The notes under the pieces: model-generated
Database searches by the model: none
The model's input: the letters and a program-made list of their open reading frames with translations, nothing else
Told to the model about the DNA's origin: nothing
Part shown: one piece after another, positions 29,811 through 41,101 of the stretch
Layout: each line of letters starts with the position of its first letter
How positions within the stretch are numbered: the stretch's first letter is position 1
Source of the DNA: an uncultured bacterium
GTDB lineage: Bacteria; Acidobacteriota; HRBIN11; JAKEFK01
Assembly: GCA_963777505.1 (NCBI GenBank)
Contig: CAVZQN010000003.1
Coordinates: 384,001-448,000 of the forward strand
Reading direction: 5' to 3'
Length of the DNA: 64,000 nucleotides
Made by a program: the position numbers and the translations under genes

Positions 29811-32800
29811 TTAATTTGTCTTTTTTGCGACAGACTGATGCGTATGTGGATCCAATTCGAAAGTTGCGGGCCGGTGAATGCGTGGACGCCACTCTGTAAT
29901 TTTCTTCCAAAACTTTTGTTCTGATGCGTCATCAAAAAGTGAATACACGACCGGTGTAACAATCAATGTTAATAACAGGCATAAAGTCTGCCCACCGATA
30001 ACAACAACAGCGATCGCGCGACGCTCTTCAGCTCCTGGTCCTGTTCCCAAAGCCAGTGGAAGCATACCCGCAACTAGCGCCAACGTTGTCATTAAGATTG
30101 GACGAAGTCTGTCACGATTTGCCTGGATGATTGCAGTCTCACGCTCTATTCCTTTTTGCCTGAGCTGATTCATGTGATCGATCTGCAAAATTGCGTTCTT
30201 TTTCACAACACCAAACAACACCAGAACGCCCAGCGCTGAATACAAGTTCAAAGAATTGTTCGTAATCCACAGTGAAAATAATGCAAATGGAATGGACAGT
30301 GGCAGTGAAATCAGGATTGTTAAAGGATGAACCGTGCTTTCAAATTGTGATGCAAGAATCATGTACATGAAAATGATCGAAAGCAAAAATGCCCAGATAA
30401 ATTCTGAAAAAGTTCGTTCCAATTCACGGCCTCGGCCGGAAACATACGTTGAGTATGCGGGCGGCAAGTTCATTTTCTGCAGCCTCTTCACTCAACACTT
30501 TCAAACGATCGGCAAGAGCATATCCAGGTCCGACAGATCCACGTAAGCTGACTTGACGTTGTCGATCAAGTCTGTCAATTCGTGAGGCGCTATCGGCATG
30601 CACAATGCTTACAACATTGTCCAAACGAACTAGTCCTCCATCCCCACGAGGCACATACAATCTGGAAATCACTTCAGGATCATTTCGGTCTCTTTCGCTC
30701 AACCGAAGTTGAACATCATAGTTCTCATTCACAGAAGGGTCATAATAACGGGAAACTTCTTGATCTCCACCCACCATGATGCGCAAAGCATTTGCAATGT
30801 CCGATGTATCAACGTTCAAATCTGCAGCGCGTGCACGATCGATTTCAACCCGGAGTTCCGGCTTATCCAATTTTAGAGTTGTATCTGCATCTACGACTCC
30901 CAGATCAGGAGCTTTCACGCGCAGTTTTTCGGCATAAGCAGCGAGTGCTTACAAGATCCGGGCCTCTTAAAACAAAATCGATATCGTAGTTTCCACCTCC
31001 AATGTTAAATGATGGAGCATTTCGAACCGATCCTCTGAGATCTTTATACTTCAGTAGTTTCTGGCGAACTTCTTGCATCACTTCACGCTGCGAATAATTG
31101 TTTTGAAAAGCAGAGAGCGGTTTCAATGTGAATATGCCTTTTATGAATCGACCGATGCTGAAGATGCGCTCTTCATGGGGAGCAATCCGGACATAGGCAC
31201 GTCCTGCGTTCACATTTCCCAGAAAACTGCCTCCTACTTCTGTCAAAACAAGTCTGATGCCGCGAACATCTGCAAGATCCTTTTCGATGGAACGCATCGC
31301 ATCATCCATGGCCGCAAGACTTGCTCCTTCCGGTGCAGTTATATTGATATCGAACTCGGCTTCATCAACATTGCTTGGAATGTAGTCTTGCTGCACAAGC
31401 TGATACAGAGGAATCGATGAAAGAATGACAGCAATCGCAATTCCTGCGATCAACATTCGATGAAGCATTGAATATTTGAGAAGTGCTGTGTAACGTCTGT
31501 CAAGCCATGCATAAAAACCTGTACGACTTTTCGCTGATCCATGGCCTGCGTCTTCCGCTCTTAGCAAACGAGCGCTCATCATGGGTGTGAGCGTGAATGA
31601 AACAAGCAAACTTACTAACACCGCAACCGCAGCTGTGATGCCGAATTGAAACAGGAACCGGCCTGAAATGCTGGACATGAAAGAAACAGGAACGAAGATT
31701 ACTACCAGGCTAAAGGTTGTAGCCATAACGGCCAATCCGATTTCTGCTGTGGCTTCTTTTGCTGCTTGAAACGGTGACATTTTCTTTTCTTCAACAAAGC
31801 GGAAAATGTTTTCCAAAACAACAATTGCATCATCAATAACAATCCCGACCATCAGAACAAGAGCAAGCATCGTGACACTGTTTAACGTAAAATCCAGCGC
31901 CCACATAATGCCAAATGAAGCAATGACTGAAGTAGGAATTGCAATTCCGGCGATGATCGTAGAACGCCAGTTGCGCATAAAAAACAAAACAACCAGGCAG
32001 GCAAAAATACTTCCCAAAACCAAATGAATATTAATTTCATGAAGTGCAGCGTAGATGTATCGCGATTGATCGCGAATGATCTCTAATTTCACATCTGCTG
32101 GGATCAGTGAACGTATCCGATCCAGGTTTGCTTTACAGGCTTCGATAACCGCAACACTATTTGCGCCGGATTGTCTTCGGACTTGCAATGTAACTGCAGG
32201 AGTTCCATTCAAACGCGAAACAGAACGTTGTTCTTTTGTTCCATCTTCAGCCCAACCAATATCTTGCACACGAACTGGAGAACCATTGATTGTCGCAATC
32301 ACAAGCTGATTAAATGCTTGAGGGTCTTCAATACGACCCATTGTGCGGAGCACTTCTTCACGTTCGACGCCTGTGACATTGCCGCCAGGCAGATCTGCAT
32401 TCTGACGTTGCAGAGCATTCTGAACTGTTGTGATCGGAATTTGATATGCAGCGAGCCTGTCTGCATCGACCCAAACACTAATGGCGCGTTCTAAGCCTCC
32501 ATCGATCGTAACTTCGCCAACACCAGAGGCACGCTCCAACTGCAGCTTCACAACTTTATCTGCAATCTCAGTCAGTTCTTTCATAGAACGGTTACCTGAG
32601 AGCGCTACAGTTATGACAGGAGTTGAATCATTGTCAGACTTGGAAATAACGGGGGGAAGGGTATCTTCGGGTAAATCGCGAATTACCGCCGAAACACGAT
32701 CCCGAACATCCTGGGCGGCTACATCAATATCACGATTCAAATTAAATGTTGCTATAACAAATGATGCACCGGAACCCGAAACGGATCTTAATTGATCAAT

Positions 32801-33031
32801 TCCTTCGACAGTATTAACAGCTTCTTCAATCGGTTGTGAAATTTGAGATTCGACTTCTTCGGGTGAGGCTCCGGGCAATGTAGTGCGTACAAAAACAGAA
32901 GGAAGATCTACGGATGGAAATCGATCAACACCGAGGCGGAAGTAACTGGCAGCTCCAACGACAACAAGTGCAAGAATAATCATGCTTGCGAATATTGGCC
33001 GTTTGATGCTGACTTCTGCTAATTTCTGCAT
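29811..33031 (-). CDS. RND efflux permease AcrB/AcrD/AcrF family (two apparent +1 frameshifts near 30950 and 30477)
   Basis: [37 protein letters not shown]; three ORFs form one collinear permease. Confidence 0.9.
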
Positions 33032-33044
33032 CTCTGAAAATTCC

Positions 33045-34256
33045 TTACTGCGTTATTTTTACCGACTCTCCGCCGACAAGATTTCCTGGTTCAATCACAA
33101 TTGTTTCGCCTTGTTTGAGGCCTTCAAGGATTTCAACTTGATCTTGAGTTTTCCTTCCTGTACGTACCCGCTTTTCGACCGTTTGATTATTTTCAACCGT
33201 GATGACTTTATCCACGCCAGCAAAGGTCACGATAGAAGATTTCGGAACAAGAACCGCGGGCTGTTCGGCGGCAACAACGATTTCAGCCTTTGCGAAAGAT
33301 CCTGGACGAAGCTGTCCCTGTTCATTGGGGACTTCCGCTTCAATCATCAAAGTGCGATTATCCGTTGTCAGCGCCGGGCTAAGCCGGGCTACTTTTCCAT
33401 AATGTGGAGTTTGATCGCCTTCCACTCGCACCTGAACAGTCTGTCCTTTTTTCACGAATGCTGCTTCGCGTTCAGGCACCGCAAGTTTGAGCCGCAGTGG
33501 ATGCATACGAACGATAGTGAGAGCCGGATCTCCTATTGCTAGAAATTGACCCGGCGAAATATGACGAACCTGGACCGATCCATCGATCGGTGAAGTTAAA
33601 GTCGAATCAGAAAATTGTTTTCGTGCAATTTGTAATTCTGTTTCGCGCTGAAACAATAATGCTTGTCTATTGCTGACTTCATCCAATGATTCTTGATATC
33701 GAGCCTCCGCGACTCTGAATGAAGCAACTGCATCGTCGTATTGTGAGCGTGGAACAAGTCCCTGGTTCCATAAGGATTCCATCCGTTCCTGCGTAAGGCG
33801 CGCTTCTTCCAATACTGCGGCGGCTTGTTTTACGACTCCGGTATTTTCTGGATCAATCCGCGATTCGGTTCCATTTTCAAGCGGCATACCCAGGCGGGCT
33901 TTTGCTTGTTGAAGCGCTGCATCAGCTTGCTGGACACGAAGTTCAAAATCCGCAGGCTCCAGGCGAACAAGTGGTTGTCCTTTGCTGACTTTGCTCCCCA
34001 AATCAACCAGAATGTCTCGTACTCTTCCTGTAACCTTTAGACTTAAAACAACTTCTTCCTCAGCAGCCAGAGTTCCGGAAACTCCTACTGTCCTGGCTAA
34101 TTTGCCTTCCTGAGCACGCGCTACACGGACGGACTTTGCCTTTTTATCAGCATTTTCTCGAGTGCTTCGTGCTGAACTATCAGAATTGCAAGCGATAGAG
34201 GCGGAAAGCGCGAGGATTATAAAAAACAGGTATAGGGATCTCATGAGTACTCTCAT
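33045..34256 (-). CDS. RND membrane fusion (periplasmic adaptor) protein
   Basis: Lipoprotein-like N-terminus, V.KGQPL, SPIDG, LRPG.F, EGL..GE.IV. Confidence 0.9.
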   Translation of the reverse strand: MRVLMRSLYLFFIILALSASIACNSDSSARSTRENADKKAKSVRVARAQEGKLARTVGVSGTLAAEEEVVLSLKVTGRVRDILVDLGSKVSKGQPLVRLEPADFELRVQQADAALQQAKARLGMPLENGTESRIDPENTGVVKQAAAVLEEARLTQERMESLWNQGLVPRSQYDDAVASFRVAEARYQESLDEVSNRQALLFQRETELQIARKQFSDSTLTSPIDGSVQVRHISPGQFLAIGDPALTIVRMHPLRLKLAVPEREAAFVKKGQTVQVRVEGDQTPHYGKVARLSPALTTDNRTLMIEAEVPNEQGQLRPGSFAKAEIVVAAEQPAVLVPKSSIVTFAGVDKVITVENNQTVEKRVRTGRKTQDQVEILEGLKQGETIVIEPGNLVGGESVKITQ

Positions 34257-34374
34257 AAATTACCGTTTAAACTCAAATTGCGCAATGAGCCACAGAAAAT
34301 GTTACACAGTTGAAATAAAAGCATGAAGCTTTGAGTCTTTCTGGCTAAAATCAAGTATTCAGGTAATCAATCTG

Positions 34375-35550
34375 ATGGCTAAATCTATAGAACTTCCTGG
34401 AGATAAATCTATATCACATCGCGTTGCTATGCTTGCGGCATTGTCAGACAACGTGTGCTCGCTAAACAACTTTAATACTGGTGCAGACTGTATTTCCACG
34501 CTGAATTGTCTGAAGCATCTTGGAACAGAAATTCACAATTCAAGCACAATCAAGCCTCATCCATTGAAGGCTCCAGCAAATCCGCTTGATTGTGGGAATT
34601 CTGGTTCAACGATCCGGATGTTAACAGGGCTGCTCGCAGGTCAGCAGATTTCCGCCCAGCTTACGGGCGACCTTTCGCTGTTGAAACGTCCGATGAAACG
34701 TGTAGCAGATCCATTGAGAGAGATGGGCGCTGTCATCGAATTAAGTAACGTCGATTATCCTCCAATCAATTTGGTGGAAGGATCAAAGCGTGCAATTCAG
34801 TACACGATGCCTGTTAGCAGTGCACAGGTGAAAACAGCTGTAATTCTTGCGGGTCTTCGATTTGAAGGTACAACCGTAATTGAGCCTGTGCCAAGCCGTG
34901 ATCATACAGAACGTCTTCTTCAACATTTACAAATTGAGACTGGACCTTCCGTTCGCATTCCGGCTTTTTCTTATGAGATTCCAGGAGATCCTTCGTCAGC
35001 CGCATTTTTGATTGTGGCAGCTTTGATACACAAAAAGGAACTTACTATAAGGAACATTTTGCTCAATCCTTTTCGGATCGGTTTCTTGAAGGTGCTTCAA
35101 AGAGCAGGCGCTCCAGTAGAGATTGTTGAGGAAAGAATTCAACAGAATGAATTGGTTGGAGAAGTCCAGATAAAAACCGGAGGTTTTAAGGAACGCCTGG
35201 TAATTACTGCGGATGAGATAACGGGTTTGATTGATGAAATTCCTGCGCTAACTATGGCAGGATTGTCGATTGGATTTGAAGTTCTTGGCGCGAAGGAACT
35301 ACGTGTAAAGGAATCAGACCGCATTCAATCCATGACTTCCAATCTTCGGGCACTCGGAATGGAAGTTGAAGAATGGGAAGATGGGTATCGCGTAAAACCA
35401 GGAAATCCAGCGTTTGGGACAGCGAAAACATTTGGCGACCATAGAATTGCAATGGCATTCGCTTCTGCTGGAATCGCAATCGATAATCGAGAGTGCGTTA
35501 GCATTAGTTTCCCGGAATTTTTTGATCTGCTCAAACACATAACGGATTAA
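34375..35550 (+). CDS. aroA: EPSP synthase
   Basis: PGDKSISHR, DCGNSGST, SSAQVK, RDHTE, DE.P, RVKESDR, GDHRIAM. Confidence 0.95.
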   Translation: MAKSIELPGDKSISHRVAMLAALSDNVCSLNNFNTGADCISTLNCLKHLGTEIHNSSTIKPHPLKAPANPLDCGNSGSTIRMLTGLLAGQQISAQLTGDLSLLKRPMKRVADPLREMGAVIELSNVDYPPINLVEGSKRAIQYTMPVSSAQVKTAVILAGLRFEGTTVIEPVPSRDHTERLLQHLQIETGPSVRIPAFSYEIPGDPSSAAFLIVAALIHKKELTIRNILLNPFRIGFLKVLQRAGAPVEIVEERIQQNELVGEVQIKTGGFKERLVITADEITGLIDEIPALTMAGLSIGFEVLGAKELRVKESDRIQSMTSNLRALGMEVEEWEDGYRVKPGNPAFGTAKTFGDHRIAMAFASAGIAIDNRECVSISFPEFFDLLKHITD

Positions 35551-35561
35551 TGGATGATTGA

Positions 35562-36032
35562 ATGCGCATCTACTTAACTGGCTTTATGGGCGCTGGCAAA
35601 ACAAGCGTTGGAAGAGCACTCGCTCAAAAGTTAGGTTGGGATTTTGTCGATTTGGATTTCCAAATTGAGGACTCATCCAAAGAATCGATAGAGGACATTT
35701 TTTCATCAGCAGGTGAGCAAGAATTTCGAAAACGCGAGACTCAACAACTTCGTCAATTGAATCAAGAAAATATTGTGATCGCTACAGGCGGAGGAGCGTT
35801 TATTCATAATCATGACTGGATGCTTCAAAACGGCATGGTGGTTTATCTTGAAGTGCCTTTTGAGGTTTTGGTTTCGCGGATCGGTGCGGAAACATCGCGT
35901 CCACTCTGGAAGAACGCTCAACAACTATTTGAAGAGCGTCAAAAAATCTATGAAAGTGCACACTTGAGAATCAATGCTGCACGCGATGTCGATTTAATTG
36001 TTGCTGATATTGTTGGGCTATTGGGAATTTGA
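35562..36032 (+). CDS. aroK: shikimate kinase
   Basis: GFMGAGKT, DLD, GE..FR..E, IATGGG, RPL. Confidence 0.95.
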   Translation: MRIYLTGFMGAGKTSVGRALAQKLGWDFVDLDFQIEDSSKESIEDIFSSAGEQEFRKRETQQLRQLNQENIVIATGGGAFIHNHDWMLQNGMVVYLEVPFEVLVSRIGAETSRPLWKNAQQLFEERQKIYESAHLRINAARDVDLIVADIVGLLGI

Positions 36033-36037
36033 TCCGT

Positions 36038-37271
36038 TCATTCAGCAGGCGGGACGCCTGCGGTCCCTGATGCAGACGAGACGTCTGCGGTCCCCGATGC
36101 GGACGAGATGGGCGCGGTGTCCTGTTTCCGGTAACGCCGTCCTTTCCAATGATTGCCGCCGCGGAAGTAATAACTCAACATAGAATTCAACATAATCAAA
36201 CCATAAAGAGCCGTTGTAACCGGAAAGCTAAAAAAGTACCAGGGCGATATATCCAAAAAACGGTTCGCTCGAACCTGGATCAAAATCATTGCAAAGACTG
36301 GCAATATGCACAACAACGCAATCTTCCACCAGAAAAAAATCAGCAGCCAGCAGTAAAAGTATTGCAGGTCCGACAATGAGGGAATAAGCGCCTGCAACTG
36401 CTCCGACAATTTTGAGTGGACTGTAATTGCTTCCTTCGAATGCGTGTCGCGTTAAACCATCCCAGATTTCGGAAAATGTTTCGTACATTCGAGTGACAAG
36501 AAGACGCGATTGCGGCATGTATGTTCTGATTTTGTATCCTGACTTTTTGTAAAGCTCAGCAATCCGAACATCTTCAGCCATTGATTCCCGGACAAGGTGA
36601 TAGCCACCTTCATGTCGAAAAATAAGCTGTTTTGTGAGAATAAATCCTCCGGCTGCGACGGCTGTAGAAGATTTCGGATCATTCGATTGATGAAGTGGTC
36701 TCACCATATTGAGAATGATCATAAAGGCAGGCAATACAACGCGTGACCAAAATTTATCGCATTCCATAAAGGGGACGAGCGAAAGTAGATCCAATTTTTC
36801 TTTTTGAGCCGTAGCGATTGCATATTTCACGGTGGAAGAATGAAACAAAATGTCTGCATCGGTAAAGAGAAGCCAGTTGCCTTTTGACAGTGCTGCGCCT
36901 TGTTGATTTGCCCATGCTTTTCCGCGCCAGTCACCAGGAAGTTCAACGCTTCTTACCACAGATAACCGTGAGTCTTGTTTCGCAAGTGATGAAGCGATTT
37001 CGAATGTATTGTCCTCACTGTGGTCATCAACCAAAATGATTTCGAAATCAGGGTAATCCTGTTTCAACAAAGATTGGAGACATTGACCAACGATGTGGCT
37101 TTCATTTCGTGCAGGAACAATAATCGTGACTTTTGGTGTTGAAACAGGCTCCGTATCTTCGGGCAAATAGGGAATTCTGGATAGTCCTCGTGCTGCCTGG
37201 ATCAGGAAACCAATCCAGAATATGTTTATCAAACCGAGCATCAAATAAAAGAGAATTAGCCACACATTCAT
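36038..37271 (-). CDS. GT2 glycosyltransferase, HpnB/CrtQ-like (apparent +1 frameshift in the A7 run 36333-36339)
   Basis: VPARNE, VDDHSED, PGDWRGK.WA, FTDAD, AED, RMY....IW.G; C-terminal TMs and WKGR in the second ORF. Confidence 0.85.
36045..36125. repeat. three tandem 27-bp REP-like palindromes inside the GT2 C-terminus
   Basis: GCAGGCG-GGA-CGCCTGC, GCAGACG-AGA-CGTCTGC and a degenerate third unit at 27-bp period. Confidence 0.8.
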
Positions 37272-37377
37272 GTTTTGTACGGACGAGTATTAGATCCGAC
37301 CGATGATTTTACTGCAAGTGCAACGCTGTATTGTGTTTTACAATGGTATCTCCTTAGATTAAGTTATTGATGATTTT

Positions 37378-37475
37378 GTAGTAAGGCACGCAGTTGAGCG
37401 AATGCGAAACAGTGCCGTGAGTTCTTACGGTACTGTTCGGCCGCATAAATGCGACCGAACTGCGTACCTTACTAC
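37378..37475. mobile_element. REPIN-like inverted REP doublet, family B copy 1
   Basis: GTAGTAAGGCACGCAGTT...AACTGCGTACCTTACTAC with an inner ACAGTGCCGTGAG/CTTACGGTACTGT stem; homologous to 47369. Confidence 0.75.
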
Positions 37476-37490
37476 AAAGTTCGAGGGCTA

Positions 37491-38501
37491 ATGCATATTC
37501 CTGATGGATATTTATCTCCCGCGACAGCTGGAGTTTTATATGCCCTTGTTTTGCCATTCTGGTATTGGGCTGGGCAAAAAGTAAAATCGCTTTTTAGAAG
37601 TCGCACTCTTCCATTAATGGCTCTGATGTCAGCGTTTTGTTTTGTGATTCAAATGCTGAATATTCCGCTTCCTGGAGGAACGACCGGTCATGCAGTTGGT
37701 GCAAGTCTTGCGGCATTGATTCTCGGAGTTTGGCCGGCAATCATTTCTGTCTCAGTTGCATTGACGATTCAGGCGCTCTTTTTTGGTGATGGTGGAATCA
37801 CAACTTTAGGAGCTAACTGTTTCAACATGGCTGTTGTTCAGGTTTGGATTACGTATGCACTTTACAATTTGCTGCCGGGCAAAAGGACTGTTGCTGCTGG
37901 TTTCGCAGCATTTATTGGCGCCAATGCAGCCGCATTTTTAACAGCTGTTCAACTGGGTTTGCAGCCTGTTCTGGCTCAGAAACTCGATGGCACTCCTTTG
38001 TTTGCACCCTATCCGTTATCGATCACAATTCCAGCGATGATGATCGGTCACATCGTAGCGGGATTCGCCGAAGCTGTCGTAACAGCCGCAGGCATCGGGT
38101 ATGCGACAAAAGTGATGCCCGAAATCCTTGTGCGAAATAATACGACGCTTGTCACAGAAGCTTCTCAAAAGGCAGATTGGCGGAAATTAAGACATGCATG
38201 GATGATACTCGCAGTGCTTATGTTTCTAACGCCTCTTGGATTGCTTGCACCCGGAACCGCGTGGGGGGAATGGAGTTCCGATCAACTTTCGGATATCGGA
38301 CTTAGCTTCGTTCCTGAGGGCCTCAAGAGGTGGGAAGGATTATGGTCGGCTTTGTTGCCGGATTACACAATTCCAGGAATAGGGGAAAACACAGGTTACT
38401 TAATTTCAGCGGTAGCGGGCGTAGGGATTATTGTTTCCATTTTTTTGATTGCTAATTTTTTAATCCGGCGCCGTCGCATGGAATCATCCGTGCAGTCGTA
38501 G
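37491..38501 (+). CDS. cbiM: Ni/Co ECF transporter substrate component, CbiM/NikM fused to an N/PDGLE domain
   Basis: MHIPDGYL metal-binding N-terminus, GGTTGH, FFGDGG..TLGAN, GTAWGEW, LPDY. Confidence 0.9.
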   Translation: MHIPDGYLSPATAGVLYALVLPFWYWAGQKVKSLFRSRTLPLMALMSAFCFVIQMLNIPLPGGTTGHAVGASLAALILGVWPAIISVSVALTIQALFFGDGGITTLGANCFNMAVVQVWITYALYNLLPGKRTVAAGFAAFIGANAAAFLTAVQLGLQPVLAQKLDGTPLFAPYPLSITIPAMMIGHIVAGFAEAVVTAAGIGYATKVMPEILVRNNTTLVTEASQKADWRKLRHAWMILAVLMFLTPLGLLAPGTAWGEWSSDQLSDIGLSFVPEGLKRWEGLWSALLPDYTIPGIGENTGYLISAVAGVGIIVSIFLIANFLIRRRRMESSVQS

Positions 38502-38507
38502 AGTACG

Positions 38508-39326
38508 ATGAGACTTTCCCGCCAGGCGGTCGAAAAGAATCTCGCTAAATTCGCGTCGTTTATTCAGGAAAGTTTTTTTGCCGATGAAACTGCACGTAAA
38601 AAAGGATGGCTGCAAAAGGTCGATCCACGAATCAAATTGTTGGGGTCATTTTTTTTGCTTCTTTGTTCTTCTTTCAGTACGCGGTTATCAACAATCTTGC
38701 TCATCTACATTTTTTCGCTTGTTTTAGCCGCAGGCTCAAGAATTTTTTCAGTATTTTTTGTCAGGAAAATCTGGTTCTATGTTCCATTGTACGTTTCAGT
38801 GATTGCACTTCCTTCGATCTTTTTAGTTCCGGGTACTCCTTTGTATACATTTTTTGATGGTGCGATTGTGATTACAAGACAAGGTGTATCCTCTGCTGTA
38901 TTTCTGATCTCGAGAGTCGCAGTTTCAGTTTCATTGATGATGATGCTTGTTCTCACGACTGGCTGGTCTGATTTGTTGAAAGCATTACGATCCTTGTTTG
39001 TTCCGCGGTTTTTGGTCTTGATGTTATTGATGACATACCGGTATATTTATTTGCTCCTGATGGTTGCTTCGAACATTTTTCTTGCGAAAAAAAGCCGTAG
39101 AATCGGTCCAGAAACATGGCAGACGGCCAGAAGCTGGGTTGAAGTTACCCTTGGCACTCTTGTTGGCAAATCAATTCAAACCAGTCAGGATGTTCATCTC
39201 GCGATGATTTCGCGTGGCTTCAGAGGCGAACCTCAAATCGTAAACCCATTTTCTTTGCGCTTTACCGATTGTCTTTGGGCAGTTGTGTTTTTAAGCGTTG
39301 GAATTGCAGCAATCATGCTCCCATGA
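38508..39326 (+). CDS. cbiQ: ECF transmembrane component CbiQ/NikQ
   Basis: DPRIK, TYRYI, SR motifs (KKSR, MISRGF). Confidence 0.9.
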   Translation: MRLSRQAVEKNLAKFASFIQESFFADETARKKGWLQKVDPRIKLLGSFFLLLCSSFSTRLSTILLIYIFSLVLAAGSRIFSVFFVRKIWFYVPLYVSVIALPSIFLVPGTPLYTFFDGAIVITRQGVSSAVFLISRVAVSVSLMMMLVLTTGWSDLLKALRSLFVPRFLVLMLLMTYRYIYLLLMVASNIFLAKKSRRIGPETWQTARSWVEVTLGTLVGKSIQTSQDVHLAMISRGFRGEPQIVNPFSLRFTDCLWAVVFLSVGIAAIMLP

Positions 39327-40144
39327 ACCTACCACTCTTTAAATTGGATAATGTATCGTTCTCCTATTCCGGGAACGTTGCGGCACTGCAGTCTGTTGAT
39401 TTATCTATTGGCCAGGGATCCAGGATTGCGATCATTGGAGAAAATGGTTCCGGGAAAAGCACTCTGCTCAAACTTCTTGATGGTCTGTATTTGCCGAACA
39501 CAGGAACGATTCAGTTTGAAAACAATGTGCTTACTGAAGAATTGTTGGACAGTGAAAAATTTGTATACGACTTTCGAAGAAGAGTCGCATTTTTGTTTCA
39601 AGATCCTGAAACCCAATTGTTTTCCTCTACTGTACTTGAAGAGATTTGTTATGGTCCGCTGCAATTAAAATGGGATCAAGAAAAAATTCGAGAACGTGCT
39701 CAGGAAATGATGAAGCAATTTGGGATCGATCATCTTGCAGGCCGTCCACCGTTCCGTTTAAGCATTGGTGAAAAGAAGAAAGTAGCCCTGGCTTCTGTAC
39801 TTGCTTCAGATCCTGAAGTTTTGCTTCTTGATGAACCGGTGGCTGCGTTGGATCCACGTACACAAAACCTTCTGCTTGAACTCATTCACGACTGGTCATT
39901 GAATGGAAAAACAATCATTACTTCAACGCACGATTTATCCATTTTGAAAGAAGTTTCAGATGAGGTATATGTTATGCAAAATGGGAAAATTGTTCATAGA
40001 TCCAGTGTAGAAGACCTCTTACGGAAACAGGATTTACTTGAAAGCTACAATTTAATTCATGTTCATACTCATAAACATCGTGATGTGGAACACGCTCATC
40101 CCCATACTCACGATTTTCACGGCCATAAGCATGACGAGGAATAG
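39323..40144 (+). CDS. cbiO: ECF ATPase CbiO/NikO with His-rich C-terminal tail
   Basis: GENGSGKST, FQDP, LSIGEKK, LLLDEP, STHD; tail HVHTHKHRDVEHAHPHTHDFHGHKH; ATGA overlap with cbiQ. Confidence 0.9.
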   Translation: MNLPLFKLDNVSFSYSGNVAALQSVDLSIGQGSRIAIIGENGSGKSTLLKLLDGLYLPNTGTIQFENNVLTEELLDSEKFVYDFRRRVAFLFQDPETQLFSSTVLEEICYGPLQLKWDQEKIRERAQEMMKQFGIDHLAGRPPFRLSIGEKKKVALASVLASDPEVLLLDEPVAALDPRTQNLLLELIHDWSLNGKTIITSTHDLSILKEVSDEVYVMQNGKIVHRSSVEDLLRKQDLLESYNLIHVHTHKHRDVEHAHPHTHDFHGHKHDEE

Positions 40145-40155
40145 GGATTTGTACC

Positions 40156-41076
40156 GTGCCGGCTATCGAGCCAGCCGAGCTTGAGCAAAGAATGCACGAA
40201 CTCAATCTTCCTTCTTTCGCGAAAATTAATCTTGCCTTGCATGTATTAGGAAAAAGAGATGACGGTTTTCACACGATCTGGACTATTTTTCAAACAATAG
40301 ATTTATTTGATGAGCTTACATTTACATTTCCTGAAGCGTCTTCATTTCGTGTAGTGTTGGAAATTTTAGATAGTAACCTTCCTTCTGATGGCTCCAATCT
40401 GATTTATCGCGCCTGTAAAGCCTTTGATCAAATGTATCCGCTTCAGCATGAAGTCCACGTCAAAGTTAAGAAACGGATCCCGATCGAAAGTGGTCTTGGC
40501 GGCGGATCTTCAAATGCAGCAGCTACTTTGATTGCACTATCAAGGTTATATAAGTGGCCATTTGACGCTGCTGCACTCAGCAAAATCGCAGGTGGTGTTG
40601 GAGCCGATGTTCCGTTTTTCTTGCATGGTGGTACAGCAATCGGAACGGGACGGGGCGATTCTATTGAGCCGCTTTCTGATTGGTTGAACTTTCCTCTTCT
40701 TGTAGTGGTTCCCGGAATTAGTTGTTCCACCGCAGTCATTTACAGGGAATACAGCGACCGAAATTTGTTGACACCCGACGCTAAATCCATTAAGATACGA
40801 GGTGTTCAACGGCCGGAATCCCAGCGGGACTACGTCTCTTTAGTCGAAAACGATTTAGAACGAGTCGTTTTTGAACTGAATCCTGAACTCGATTCCATAA
40901 AGAAAAGATTAATTGACCTAGGTGCGATTGCCGCAGCTCTTACTGGCAGCGGCTCCGCATTGTTCGGCCTCTTTTCAAATACCGTTGATCGTGACAATGC
41001 AGCGAAAGAGTTTCCTGGAAGTGTTCGAACACGGTTTTTGGATCGAGACGAATACCAAAGAGCTGTTGGGCTCTGA
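40156..41076 (+). CDS. ispE: 4-diphosphocytidyl-2-C-methyl-D-erythritol kinase (start may be ATG 40192)
   Basis: AKINL.L, GLGGGSSNAA, GADVPFF, NDLE, TGSGS. Confidence 0.95.
   Translation: MPAIEPAELEQRMHELNLPSFAKINLALHVLGKRDDGFHTIWTIFQTIDLFDELTFTFPEASSFRVVLEILDSNLPSDGSNLIYRACKAFDQMYPLQHEVHVKVKKRIPIESGLGGGSSNAAATLIALSRLYKWPFDAAALSKIAGGVGADVPFFLHGGTAIGTGRGDSIEPLSDWLNFPLLVVVPGISCSTAVIYREYSDRNLLTPDAKSIKIRGVQRPESQRDYVSLVENDLERVVFELNPELDSIKKRLIDLGAIAAALTGSGSALFGLFSNTVDRDNAAKEFPGSVRTRFLDRDEYQRAVGL
40768..40796 (+). promoter_or_regulatory. sigma70 promoter inside ispE, upstream of tRNA-Gln and prs
   Basis: TTGACA-17 bp-TAAGAT. Confidence 0.7.
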
Positions 41077-41101
41077 TTGATTCATGCAGTCATATGAAGT
41101 T

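Noticed and set aside
36045-36125. Mini CRISPR array
   Set aside because: Units are directly tandem without unique spacers and no cas genes are present.
37272-37490. Cobalamin riboswitch or NikR operator upstream of cbiM
   Set aside because: No B12-box seen; the structured part is a repeat also found before radA; the best NikR-like half-sites are weak and wrongly spaced.
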